Positions 18,534-27,892 of a DNA stretch of 64,000 nucleotides are shown in pieces; the stretch's first letter is position 1; every line of letters starts with the position of its first letter. Source of the DNA: an uncultured virus (IMG/VR IMGVR_UViG_3300021964_006850) (taxonomy: Duplodnaviria; Heunggongvirae; Uroviricota; Caudoviricetes); IMG/VR virus record IMGVR_UViG_3300021964_006850, one strand, 5' to 3'. A program made the translations under genes and the position numbers. The notes below the pieces were generated by a model. It saw nothing but the letters and a program-made list of their open reading frames with translations, had not been told where the DNA came from and made no database searches.

Positions 18534-19572
18534 TACTAATTGCCCTATATAATTCTTTACCTGAAAAGAACTCTGTTTGTAATTTCTGTACTTGGTGTTG
18601 TACAGGAATAATATAATCTTTGTAATTTTCCATGTAATTTGTAATCTTCGCCATTAACTGACCTCTATTCAATTTATATGACTCAAAGTCTTTAGTCCAT
18701 TCACTTGGGTATTTGAATTCTTTTAATGCCATCTCTGAATAACTTAATCTATCTGGAACCATAGGAATAGTACCTACAAGTGCGCCTTCGTACCAACTAA
18801 TACCAAGTGTTTCTTGTAGGTTAGCACTAAACACAAGTTTTGCACGACCTAATAAATTATGATATTCATTTTTACTAAGTTCACGTTCTTGACACACAAT
18901 AAATTCATACTGTGGTAATTGTTCTTTTAAATCTCTAAAAATTTCAACTTGCTTCTCTGGAGCAATACGATGTGGAAATAGTATTAGGTTTTCCTTAGGC
19001 ATATTTTGATACATACTAAAACTATTGTTTAAGTACTCCATAGGCCAACCAACACGTTTAGTTTTACTTGGGTCTATCACAAAACTTGATGCAAATAAAT
19101 CTATATGAAATTGTGTAGCATAAAAGTTGTCATCAAACACTTCATACATACTTTGTTCTGCATGACGAACCCAAGGTTTATCACCTATAAGCCTGCCAAG
19201 GAAATCATGAGGATCATAACTACCAGCGTGCCAAAGGCCACCGATTCTAATGTTACACCCCAGTAACTCAGCCATGTATTTAAGTTGGATAACAGTCGGA
19301 TTCCAAGCGTCCGTATATAGGAAATAATCTCCGTCATGTATTTCTCCTTTACAAAACATCTCTCCAATAGTTTCAAGTTGTTTTGATTTGTAAACATTTG
19401 TTCCACCGAAGTTAAGAAACGCCCCAGGTGTTGTAGCCTGAGGCGTCTCTCCTCCACTAATGACTTTGACGTCCATATTTGTAGCACGTTGAAGTTGCTT
19501 TGGAAGATGTTCTTTCCACTGCTTGGTGTAGCGTGTATCTACTGCTTCAATATCTACAATATAAACTGTCAT
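18526..19572 (-). CDS. GT-B (GT4-like) glycosyltransferase
   Basis: FPHRIAPEKQ, ETLGISWYEG (Ex7E), PDRLSYSE. Confidence 0.8.
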   Translation of the reverse strand: MTVYIVDIEAVDTRYTKQWKEHLPKQLQRATNMDVKVISGGETPQATTPGAFLNFGGTNVYKSKQLETIGEMFCKGEIHDGDYFLYTDAWNPTVIQLKYMAELLGCNIRIGGLWHAGSYDPHDFLGRLIGDKPWVRHAEQSMYEVFDDNFYATQFHIDLFASSFVIDPSKTKRVGWPMEYLNNSFSMYQNMPKENLILFPHRIAPEKQVEIFRDLKEQLPQYEFIVCQERELSKNEYHNLLGRAKLVFSANLQETLGISWYEGALVGTIPMVPDRLSYSEMALKEFKYPSEWTKDFESYKLNRGQLMAKITNYMENYKDYIIPVQHQVQKLQTEFFSGKELYRAISNG

Positions 19573-19799
19573 TAATGTCTCCTGTTGAACTTCTTTTTAA
19601 AGTTAGGACGTGGACGCTTGCCTATCTTAAAATTGCAAAAGTTACGCCACGCTTCACTTTTATTATTATACAAGTCACGTTCGTCGAACTTGTATGCACG
19701 ATGGTATCCTAACACCCAAGAACTCGCACAAAACTCTTTGAATGTTTCAAGATCACTAAAGATCTTGTTATACGTTTCACGATCATACTTAATCGCCAT
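19572..19799 (-). CDS. small basic hypothetical protein
   Basis: 75 aa from MAIKYDRE with GAGGAG SD; stop overlaps GT start. Confidence 0.65.
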   Translation of the reverse strand: MAIKYDRETYNKIFSDLETFKEFCASSWVLGYHRAYKFDERDLYNNKSEAWRNFCNFKIGKRPRPNFKKKFNRRH

Positions 19800-19812
19800 T
19801 TCATAATACTCC

Positions 19813-20256
19813 TCAGTATTTTGCGTACTCGATATGGGCACCATTCTCGCCATCTTCACTGATGTCGATATGTACTTCTCTGCCCGGGAATTTTTCAGCG
19901 ATCTTTTCATAAAGATCATCTGACATCATTTCACATGATTTATAATCTAAATTTAATGTACCTTCGCTATACAGTTTCTCCATCCATCGTTTAAATTGAA
20001 TAAATTCAATATCTCTGTCGTTGTGTGTTACAGTGATACCGACCTTGAAATGGAATATGTGTCTGTGTGGATAACCTAAAAATGACACATCGTCCCAATC
20101 ACCTGTTGCTAACTTAGGATCATCTAAGGCCGCAGGATACTTGTGGATACCTTCCTTGCGGAACGTTACCCAAATCATTCTTTTTGCTGTTCTCATAATC
20201 TTTTCGTGTGTTTCTTTTGACATTGCTTCTTTCATCATTGTATCAGTTATACTCAT
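19813..20256 (-). CDS. dpdL: T-fold QueD paralogue, DpdL-like (predicted 7-carboxy-7-deazaguanine decarboxylase)
   Basis: EGIH, LGYPHRHIF (LxxxHRHxF in place of QueD CxxxHGH), SCEM, SEDGENGA; true start may be a downstream Met. Confidence 0.65.
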   Translation of the reverse strand: MSITDTMMKEAMSKETHEKIMRTAKRMIWVTFRKEGIHKYPAALDDPKLATGDWDDVSFLGYPHRHIFHFKVGITVTHNDRDIEFIQFKRWMEKLYSEGTLNLDYKSCEMMSDDLYEKIAEKFPGREVHIDISEDGENGAHIEYAKY

Positions 20257-20285
20257 ACTATACTACCTTTCGTCCTGTTTGTCAA
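20257..20285 (-). promoter_or_regulatory. sigma70-type promoter TTGACA-N17-TATAGT
   Basis: overlaps the end of the upstream gene, precedes DpdL-like and GT genes. Confidence 0.65.
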
Positions 20286-20811
20286 CCGGATTATCGTTTT
20301 CATATTTGGACCAATCTGTAAATTTTGAACGGTCTTGTAAGTCATGTACCTGATGAATCCAAACTCCAGCATTAGATGCCTTAAAGTCCTTGTCATCAAT
20401 TTTAATACAAGCATTGTAATTAAGATGATCAATATAAGGAAGTTTTACACTAATTTGACTAATAAACTTGCTTTGTTCATTATAGCCTGCTTCCAAAACA
20501 TACTCATGATATTTTACATCATAGTCTAATGTAACCATATAACCTTCTTTAAGCAAACCATATACAAGAGTATCCCATGCTTTGTTAGTAGCATCATCTC
20601 CGTATGGTAATGTAACTGCAAAACTTTGATTAGCACCAAGATAGATATGATCTACATGATGTTTTTTTGCACGTTCTAAAACTTCATCTAATGGAGGACA
20701 TCCTACGACAAATAGTGTATCCATTTCAAATGCTGGTGTTTTTTCTACTTCGTACCCTGTGAAGTATACAACATCATCTTTAACTACACCATCTGAATAA
20801 TCACGTTTCAC
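20263..20811 (-). CDS. hypothetical protein in deazaguanine locus
   Basis: 182 aa alpha/beta-looking (GYEVEKTP, HIYLGANQSF, KIDDKDF..SNAGVW). Confidence 0.75.
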   Translation of the reverse strand: MKRDYSDGVVKDDVVYFTGYEVEKTPAFEMDTLFVVGCPPLDEVLERAKKHHVDHIYLGANQSFAVTLPYGDDATNKAWDTLVYGLLKEGYMVTLDYDVKYHEYVLEAGYNEQSKFISQISVKLPYIDHLNYNACIKIDDKDFKASNAGVWIHQVHDLQDRSKFTDWSKYENDNPVDKQDER

Positions 20812-21002
20812 TTTTGAAATTCCTTCATTAAGTTTTCAATTTGATCTTTAATTGCCAGTTTAGTTTTCTTTAACTTTAGTAAAAGACCTTTGTGTACAAA
20901 AGATCTATCATGGTTCCTTTCGTCTTCAAGTTCTTTTACTTTCTCATCATACCATGCATGATGTTCTTTTAGTTTTTCGATTTTCTTACTTGCTTTTGCC
21001 AT
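20808..21002 (-). CDS. DUF465/YdcH-like small coiled-coil protein
   Basis: LKEHH..YDEKV.ELE...LKKTKLAIKDQI; start after GGAGG SD. Confidence 0.55.
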   Translation of the reverse strand: MAKASKKIEKLKEHHAWYDEKVKELEDERNHDRSFVHKGLLLKLKKTKLAIKDQIENLMKEFQK

Positions 21003-21003
21003 T

Positions 21004-22461
21004 TTATGCCTCCTCAAATAAATTTCCGAATTGGGTTTGTGCATTGACTGTTTTTTTACCAGTGGCACCACGTGTACCAATGATTGACATCCAAAACTTA
21101 TTAAACTCTTCTATGACTGCGTTTGCTTCATCTCGGCTTGACGTTGCAAATATTGCTTCCACAATATCTCTAAAAAATAACCTGTCAAAACGCTCTTCGA
21201 CAAGCATTGCTGGAAATATTCCGTTGTCGTATTGTCTATTTGCTTCTTGTACTGCATTAATGTGACTCCATACATTATGACCCATTTGGATCGCATAAGA
21301 AAAACTATCCCACGATGTCTTGCCTTCTTTGCCTATTTTATTTAGGTCGCCTGGTGCATAGATACAAACATCTTTTGCTTTTAAATTCTGTGTAATAGGA
21401 CTGTTTAAGAAACTTCTATGTTTGCCTTCTCTAACAAATGCATCACCAAAGGGTGTTGTATCTGTTGCAAGTGCTTTATCGTCGATACTTGGAACCATTC
21501 TATAAACCCATTTTTTTCTGTCCTGAGTTTCAAGTTCACAGTAGATCTGTCCATTAGCGGTTGCAAGGAAAGGCGAAGCACAATCAAATGTGATAGTAAA
21601 GTTTTCATTATGATATTTCCTAACTGCTTTTTGAATATCTGTAAGTAGTGTTGCCCACTCAAGTTTTGAAGTACCTAAGAAGTGCATAAAGTCGTGTTTG
21701 CCTTTTTCAAGCAATCCATCAAAACGCAATGCTACAAGTCTTTTTAACACAAGATGAATATCACACATATTCTGACCACCCATCGACCAACCATTAAAAT
21801 GTGTGTCAGGATATACTTTAGGATCACAGTAATCTTTCATCTGCTGATACCAATCTTCTGCGTCAGCATGATTCTCGCCTTGTAATACATTTAAGAACTT
21901 ACAAGCACCACTTCTATTTTTCATAAAGTAGTCATTGTTAATACGTGTAGCATTTACAGCATCTTGATAGTTGTCAATACCAGTTGCCTTTGCACCTTCT
22001 GGAGAACGTGCTACCCAGGCCGGAATATCAAGGATCATTCCATAGTCCATATACGCATCCATCCACGCAAGAACTTGCTCACGTTTCTTTTTTGCTTTAG
22101 GACAGTTAGGATCTTTCCAATCACCTTCCCATACTCCTTTACCAATTTGGAAACCACCTGAGTCACCTAACAACCAACTGTTGTTACGATCTCTGTTTCG
22201 AATCATATCTTCTTTAGGTGAGTCCTTGTTTACATCAAGTTCTGCGTGTCCTGCGGAATATAAACTCCAGTGATAGTTAAACAATCCGTGTTGCTTGTTG
22301 AACCAGTTAAGGCCTTCCATTTCATTGTTAGGAAAAGGAATACGACTTTTGTCTACATATTCTTCTTTACGTTGCTTACCAATAAACGTAGCATAAAAGC
22401 CACTAATGGCAGGCAAGAAGATTGCGTAGTCTTTCTGTTCTTTTGTTAAGTCAGTATTCAA
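21004..22461 (-). CDS. dpdA: DpdA-like guanine transglycosylase (TGT fold)
   Basis: DSGGFQ, MILDIP, VLQG, GWSMGG, HFLG, TFDCASP catalytic TGT motifs; no C-terminal Zn Cys cluster of bacterial tRNA TGT seen; lies with folE/queE. Confidence 0.8.
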   Translation of the reverse strand: MNTDLTKEQKDYAIFLPAISGFYATFIGKQRKEEYVDKSRIPFPNNEMEGLNWFNKQHGLFNYHWSLYSAGHAELDVNKDSPKEDMIRNRDRNNSWLLGDSGGFQIGKGVWEGDWKDPNCPKAKKKREQVLAWMDAYMDYGMILDIPAWVARSPEGAKATGIDNYQDAVNATRINNDYFMKNRSGACKFLNVLQGENHADAEDWYQQMKDYCDPKVYPDTHFNGWSMGGQNMCDIHLVLKRLVALRFDGLLEKGKHDFMHFLGTSKLEWATLLTDIQKAVRKYHNENFTITFDCASPFLATANGQIYCELETQDRKKWVYRMVPSIDDKALATDTTPFGDAFVREGKHRSFLNSPITQNLKAKDVCIYAPGDLNKIGKEGKTSWDSFSYAIQMGHNVWSHINAVQEANRQYDNGIFPAMLVEERFDRLFFRDIVEAIFATSSRDEANAVIEEFNKFWMSIIGTRGATGKKTVNAQTQFGNLFEEA

Positions 22462-22477
22462 ACTAATCTCCTAATAA

Positions 22478-23206
22478 TTACTTTGTTTGTGCTGGCAAAA
22501 TATAATTGTATTCTGCTAAGCCACTGTCAACAGTAAGTTGCATAGCACCTTGATCTGAAATGCTCATTGTAACTTTACCATCAAGATTTAGAATTGCTTG
22601 TACTTGTGCTACAGGCCACGCCCATGCGTGTTTCAAACTACTTTGTACATCTGGATGAAATACAAATGAACCTGCGTGTTGTGACGCATCACCAAAACTA
22701 AACACAAGGTTGTTGTTTTCTGTTTTAACTGTAAACACAGTTTCTTCAGAGTGTGCTAAACTTTGAAACTTCATACGTTGAATAGCCGCCACACTTGGCT
22801 CAACTACTACGTCCCAACTTGCACCTTTAAACTTAACAGTCTTAAGTTTCTCCTCAATGATCTGCTTGTTCATAAAGCGATAATCATTTTCAAAGTCACC
22901 TGCTTCGTTTTCAAAGTGAATGTGTGTTGGAACAGTTTCGCCATTGCGATCTGCTTGTTCAACAGTAATCTTTGCATTTTTTTGATATTCAGGACATTTT
23001 AAATGCAATGCTAACTTATCTAAGTTAGGCATACCAAATGTACCTGCAAATTCGTTTACTGAATTCTTAGTCTTAGAACTAAGGATAACTGATCTATCTT
23101 CCGCCATTGATTCGATGGTAGTATCAGTTTCGTTTGTTACCTTCACAATGTTAAGAAATCCTAACGAGTGTGTATGGGCAACGATGTCTTGTAAAATGTC
23201 TTTCAT
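22478..23206 (-). CDS. putative sliding clamp (gp45/PCNA-like)
   Basis: 242 aa, two beta-rich halves, ends YNYILPAQ; near polymerase; clamp loader present in window. Confidence 0.5.
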   Translation of the reverse strand: MKDILQDIVAHTHSLGFLNIVKVTNETDTTIESMAEDRSVILSSKTKNSVNEFAGTFGMPNLDKLALHLKCPEYQKNAKITVEQADRNGETVPTHIHFENEAGDFENDYRFMNKQIIEEKLKTVKFKGASWDVVVEPSVAAIQRMKFQSLAHSEETVFTVKTENNNLVFSFGDASQHAGSFVFHPDVQSSLKHAWAWPVAQVQAILNLDGKVTMSISDQGAMQLTVDSGLAEYNYILPAQTK

Positions 23207-23227
23207 GGTTGATCTCCTATTGTTACT

Positions 23228-23256
23228 ATTATATTTAGAAAATTATGATTTGTCAA
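23228..23256 (-). promoter_or_regulatory. sigma70 promoter TTGACA-N17-TATAAT
   Basis: perfect consensus upstream of clamp-dpdA operon. Confidence 0.8.
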
Positions 23257-23980
23257 GTGTTTTCTCTTGGCTAACAAACTCTAATGCATCAATTTGTGGT
23301 TTCCAACCAATTGATGATAAATGGCTAATGTCTGCGACATTGTCTTTACGTTCATGTTCATCGCCAGTTCTTTTTTCATAATTTTCTAAACCTACTGCTT
23401 TGCAGTAATCTGATAAAGGTCTTGACATACCTGTTCCTACATCAATTACTCCTGTTAAATCATTTTCTAACAATTGAGTAATTGCTCTACACACATCAGA
23501 TATATGTATAAAATCTCTTTTATGATCTACGTTAATGAATGTAACTTCATTGTTTAATAATTTTGGTATAAACATATAATCTCTGCCTGAACCACCAATG
23601 ACAGTTGTAAATCTCATACCCAAACTATTTTTTGGTGCAATACGTTCTGCAACATATTTTGACATTGCATATGGATTTCTTTCTGGTTCTTTTGCAGTGC
23701 TTGAACTTGCATATAAAATTCTCGCCTTTGGAAATGCTTTAAACAATCTATTTGAAGCCACAACATTATTATCAAAATATTCTTGTGGAACTTCAAGACT
23801 TTTTCTTACACCACTCATAGCCGCTAAATGCACTACTGCATCTACTTCATAATTTAAATCACAATCAAGTAAGTCATTACCCGATTTAATATCAATTGGT
23901 ATAACAGTGTGTAATCCTGCCCAGTACTTTTTAAGTTCTGAACCAATCATACCGTCACTGCCTGTTAGTAATATTCTCAT
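23243..23980 (-). CDS. NAD-dependent epimerase/dehydratase (extended SDR)
   Basis: LTGSDGMIG, HLAA, YASSS, PYAMSK (YxxxK), RDFIHISD. Confidence 0.85.
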   Translation of the reverse strand: MRILLTGSDGMIGSELKKYWAGLHTVIPIDIKSGNDLLDCDLNYEVDAVVHLAAMSGVRKSLEVPQEYFDNNVVASNRLFKAFPKARILYASSSTAKEPERNPYAMSKYVAERIAPKNSLGMRFTTVIGGSGRDYMFIPKLLNNEVTFINVDHKRDFIHISDVCRAITQLLENDLTGVIDVGTGMSRPLSDYCKAVGLENYEKRTGDEHERKDNVADISHLSSIGWKPQIDALEFVSQEKTLDKS

Positions 23981-24369
23981 ATTATTATTTCCTCCTTAAT
24001 GTATCTTTTTAATTCTTTGTCTTGTACATCTGTAGGGATATCATTTTTGTAAAAGATTTGATAACTGTCACTACCGTATTTGCCAATACCACAAAGTTGT
24101 GTAGCATCTTCACCATCCCAATCTTTAAACTGTTCACTCATTCGATAGATACGTTCTGCTCTTACACGTTGCATACCTAATGGTTTTAGCATTGTTTCGA
24201 TTTCATTGCGTGTAGCATATAGTAATGATTCTGGAGTTGACCAACGTTTAAAAAACTCTGTAAGTACAGGCTTTGTTTGACGACGATTAACAAGATTTAA
24301 ACAGATAACACCGACCATATGTTGCCATACAGTAGACACTTGCTGTTGTACCATTAGATCATCTTTCAT
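23977..24369 (-). CDS. MBD4-like HhH-GPD DNA glycosylase
   Basis: ICLN, LKPLGM..RA, LCGIGKYGSDSYQIF, QDKELKRY with catalytic-position Asp. Confidence 0.8.
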   Translation of the reverse strand: MKDDLMVQQQVSTVWQHMVGVICLNLVNRRQTKPVLTEFFKRWSTPESLLYATRNEIETMLKPLGMQRVRAERIYRMSEQFKDWDGEDATQLCGIGKYGSDSYQIFYKNDIPTDVQDKELKRYIKEEIII

Positions 24370-24908
24370 TTTTTTACTCCAAAATGTTTATAGGATTGCT
24401 GAACACACTTTGCTTGATAATAACAATCTGCAAGTGCATTGTGTAAACTTTCTTGGATTGCTTTACGTGGATCACTTGGCATCATAGCAAACAGTGTTCT
24501 ACTGTCTCTAATTTGCCAGTAGTTCCATGGCGCAGGCTTTTGTGCTTCTTTGTATAAATGCTGTAAGATAACAAAGTCAAACGTAGGACCTTGACACCAA
24601 ATGTAATCTAAGCCAACTGCCCACTTGTTAAGTTGTTTAAGCATTGCTTGGACACCTACTCTATCTGTGTGTTCACCGAATGCTTCATCTTGTATTGCTT
24701 GATCTTGTTTACTCCACCAAGCAAGAGTATTATCATCAATTGAACGGTTGAACTTTTCTGTTTGTTCTTCTACATCACCACGCAGGTATAATCCACTATG
24801 TGGCTCCGTATCTGAGAACGGATCAAACTTAATTGCACCAAGTGTCATAATAACACTGTTAGGCTCAACGCCAAGTGTCTCCAAGTCTATCATACCGTGA
24901 GTAGCCAT
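24366..24908 (-). CDS. DEDDh 3'-5' exonuclease
   Basis: MIDLETLG, GPTFDFVIL, RDSRT, HNALADC. Confidence 0.85.
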   Translation of the reverse strand: MATHGMIDLETLGVEPNSVIMTLGAIKFDPFSDTEPHSGLYLRGDVEEQTEKFNRSIDDNTLAWWSKQDQAIQDEAFGEHTDRVGVQAMLKQLNKWAVGLDYIWCQGPTFDFVILQHLYKEAQKPAPWNYWQIRDSRTLFAMMPSDPRKAIQESLHNALADCYYQAKCVQQSYKHFGVKK

Positions 24909-27578
24909 TTATCCTCCAAAGTCAAATAAGTTGTTAAATGTATTCTTGGTCTTTGTGCTTTCTAAATCATATTTTAGCACTCCGATCAAGTTGTCAAGTT
25001 TGTTGTCAATGATAGTACCTTCCATAGCATCACCATCAAATGGCAGTTCCTTAAACCAGTCTGGCAAATGCATCTCGTCTACTGGATATGCAACACTTGT
25101 ATAACCCATTGGGTTTTGTTTTAGTTTACAAACAATAACCTTCATACCATCTACAATCTCTTGCGAGTACTTGTCACTGTTCATTTTCTTAAGAGTATTC
25201 CAGTTGATACTTGCTCTTACGTGTCCAGGCATATTTGCCTTTCCTTGTTTTTCTTCAAGACGCTGATAGTGTCCAATTTTATTTGCACGTTTAGGCGAAC
25301 CCTTTTCATGTCCAGGACGTGATTTAAATTCAGTTCTAAATTCAGTAATACGATCTAAAATACTATCTTCACTTTCAAACTGCAACACTTTAAGTAATAG
25401 TTCACTTAAGAAGTCTTGCATAAACACAGGAGTATCTGAACGCTTGAGATCAAGGCCCATTGCTTTTACTTTGCCTGGTTTGCCATCAACATCTACACGT
25501 TCACCTTCGTTGTCATAAATTAGTGCCGCATATCTTTTCTTTGTGATATACAAACCTGATTCAGCAACAATCTCACGTCCTGCCGCAATTACATCTGAAC
25601 GTGTCTTAGGACAATGAAATGCATCAATCATAAACTTAGGAAATGATTTGTTTGCTTCTGTACAAACTTGATCATACAGTTTAATTACATTGTCTTTACC
25701 CCAAGGAATACTACCTGCATCAATGTCTTGTTTAAGCACAGGATATGCACTAAAATAACAAGAGTCAGTGTCACCATAGATAATACTTTTACCTACGTGG
25801 TTGTATTCACCTGTAATAACTTTGTTTACTTCTGCGGACATATGTTTTACAATTTGTCTGCCTGTGAGTGTAGTTGACTGACCAATACGTCCATCAAAGA
25901 ATCTGCAACCAGGATTAAGAATAGCACCATACAAACTATTTAGGTTAATCTTTTTAACAAGTTGTCTTTTGTCCCAAAACTCTATTTCTGCATTGTTTCC
26001 TGCATCAATGGCTTTCTTTTTCATTGCCTGCATATCTTTACGTTCTGCATACCAACGTTTAAGTAGACCTGGAATAACACCTTCAAATTCATATGTAAAG
26101 ATAGTACCGTTAGCACTAATCATCCAAGGATTGTTACTATCAAACAAAATTTTGTAAACTTGTGCACCACTCATTACATCTGATTGACCATTTTCCCAGT
26201 CAACAGTAATACTAACATCTCTACGTTGTTCCATTACTGCATCATATTCCATAGTTCCGAAACGACCTTCCCAAGCCGCCGCAAATGACTTTTTCTTCAA
26301 GTTCATTTGTTCGCCTACATATTTGTTTGTAATATCTGGACGTAGTTGGCCTATCACTGTTTCAGGAGCCATATTCAATGCACGAATAACACTCGGATAT
26401 AGTGAGTTCAAGTCCATTGAACCAATCCATTTGTGTACACCTACTTTAGGAAATGCAACATAAGCACCTGCGGCAGGATCACTGCCTGGCTCACGTTTTA
26501 CTCTGTTAGGTACTTGCATACCTCTGTGATGTGCTTCGTTGATAATTGCTTGTTCTGTAACTGCAACAGCACCCATTGTTGTCTGTAGCAAAACAGTATT
26601 TGCGTGTGCAAGTTCGTTACTAAGATCAATAAACCTTAGTTTTTTGTCCAACTTGTCCAGTAGTGCAACGTCTTGTCTGTTGTACTCAATGAACGTTCTG
26701 AAGTCATTGTTATAAAGTTGATCGAGGGTACCTTCATAAACTGTTTTACGTTCACCAACTTCCATTTCACCAATGGCATCAAGTCTGTAAGTATGTCTTT
26801 CTTCATATGTGTATTTACGATATAATTCTAAACTATCTAAATGCACTCTGCCTATTAGGTCATAGGTTTCTTGTTGTCTTCCGAATTTTTCGTATTCACG
26901 TTTTTTAGGAAATTGATCAAACAAACAAAAACGTCTTGTATCATCTTTGCTTAAAACTTTTTGTACACGATTAACTGTGTACGGAATATCATAACCTTCA
27001 CTGTTCCAACCCGAAATAATATCTGCATCTTGTATTAGATCAAGGAATGTTTTTAACATATCTGCTTCGTCTGCAAACAAGTGTGTGTTGGGGAAATCTT
27101 TAACTTGTTCTTGTGCTTGTTCCATTGTAAGTGTTTTAGGTGGAACTGCAAGAGTAACGAGTGTTTCCATCCACTGTAAGTGTACAGATATTGCAGTGAT
27201 AGGCATAAATGGATCGCTTGGATCAGCAAAGCCACGCTCTGGATCAAAGTCTGTCTCAATATCAAAGAACGCAATGTTTAGTTTAGGAGCATCATGATTA
27301 AGATAATTCTCACTCAAACATTGAAAGATAGGATTTATATCACTTTCATAAAGTTCTTTGTTTTTATTAATTGCTAATTCTTTGCGAAAATCTTTTGTGT
27401 TTTTACAAACAATTCTGTTTAATGGCTCACCGTGAATACTTTTATATTTTCCACGTTGATCACCATAGTAAAAAGTGTACTTGACAGGATATTCAGTAAA
27501 CGATCGTTTACCTTCTTTACGTTCTACAACACGAATAATATCTGCGTTGCGATCAAAAAATGCATCTACATAACTCAT
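24909..27578 (-). CDS. family B DNA polymerase (gp43-like)
   Basis: exo FDIET, GWNSEGYD, YNRQD; pol DLNSLYPS, KINLNSLYG, YGDTDS, KKRY; no intein seen. Confidence 0.95.
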   Translation of the reverse strand: MSYVDAFFDRNADIIRVVERKEGKRSFTEYPVKYTFYYGDQRGKYKSIHGEPLNRIVCKNTKDFRKELAINKNKELYESDINPIFQCLSENYLNHDAPKLNIAFFDIETDFDPERGFADPSDPFMPITAISVHLQWMETLVTLAVPPKTLTMEQAQEQVKDFPNTHLFADEADMLKTFLDLIQDADIISGWNSEGYDIPYTVNRVQKVLSKDDTRRFCLFDQFPKKREYEKFGRQQETYDLIGRVHLDSLELYRKYTYEERHTYRLDAIGEMEVGERKTVYEGTLDQLYNNDFRTFIEYNRQDVALLDKLDKKLRFIDLSNELAHANTVLLQTTMGAVAVTEQAIINEAHHRGMQVPNRVKREPGSDPAAGAYVAFPKVGVHKWIGSMDLNSLYPSVIRALNMAPETVIGQLRPDITNKYVGEQMNLKKKSFAAAWEGRFGTMEYDAVMEQRRDVSITVDWENGQSDVMSGAQVYKILFDSNNPWMISANGTIFTYEFEGVIPGLLKRWYAERKDMQAMKKKAIDAGNNAEIEFWDKRQLVKKINLNSLYGAILNPGCRFFDGRIGQSTTLTGRQIVKHMSAEVNKVITGEYNHVGKSIIYGDTDSCYFSAYPVLKQDIDAGSIPWGKDNVIKLYDQVCTEANKSFPKFMIDAFHCPKTRSDVIAAGREIVAESGLYITKKRYAALIYDNEGERVDVDGKPGKVKAMGLDLKRSDTPVFMQDFLSELLLKVLQFESEDSILDRITEFRTEFKSRPGHEKGSPKRANKIGHYQRLEEKQGKANMPGHVRASINWNTLKKMNSDKYSQEIVDGMKVIVCKLKQNPMGYTSVAYPVDEMHLPDWFKELPFDGDAMEGTIIDNKLDNLIGVLKYDLESTKTKNTFNNLFDFGG

Positions 27579-27589
27579 TGTCTCTCCTA

Positions 27590-27607
27590 TGCCATTTTAG
27601 GCTGGCA
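27590..27607 (-). promoter_or_regulatory. candidate translational operator hairpin of the DNA polymerase mRNA
   Basis: UGCCA-GCCUAAAA-UGGCA directly before SD UAGGAG. Confidence 0.4.
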
Positions 27608-27625
27608 AATACCAAGTTAACTTGA

Positions 27626-27892
27626 TTAATGGCCAAGTATACCATCTTGTAACAAACCTACAATATATATTATTGTAAGGCCTGCGTTTAAAATAATCAA
27701 CGATTTTTCTTTCCAAAGTATACCTACTGCTACCCAAATACCATTAGCAACAGTAAATGCATAACTATAGTATGGATACATATTAAAAGCGGCCATTGTA
27801 GCGGCAATTAATAATATCGCTGTGCCTGTCCAAGCCAACCATTGATATGGTTTAGGCTGTGTTTTTATTTCTCTTAAAGTATTCTTTGTCAT
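27626..27892 (-). CDS. small membrane protein
   Basis: three hydrophobic segments. Confidence 0.65.
   Translation of the reverse strand: MTKNTLREIKTQPKPYQWLAWTGTAILLIAATMAAFNMYPYYSYAFTVANGIWVAVGILWKEKSLIILNAGLTIIYIVGLLQDGILGH

Noticed and set aside
21004..22461. Calling this a canonical tRNA-guanine transglycosylase (tgt)
   Set aside because: No Zn-binding Cys cluster seen, long insertions, and context beside replication and deazaguanine genes favour a DNA-acting DpdA; tRNA activity is not formally excluded
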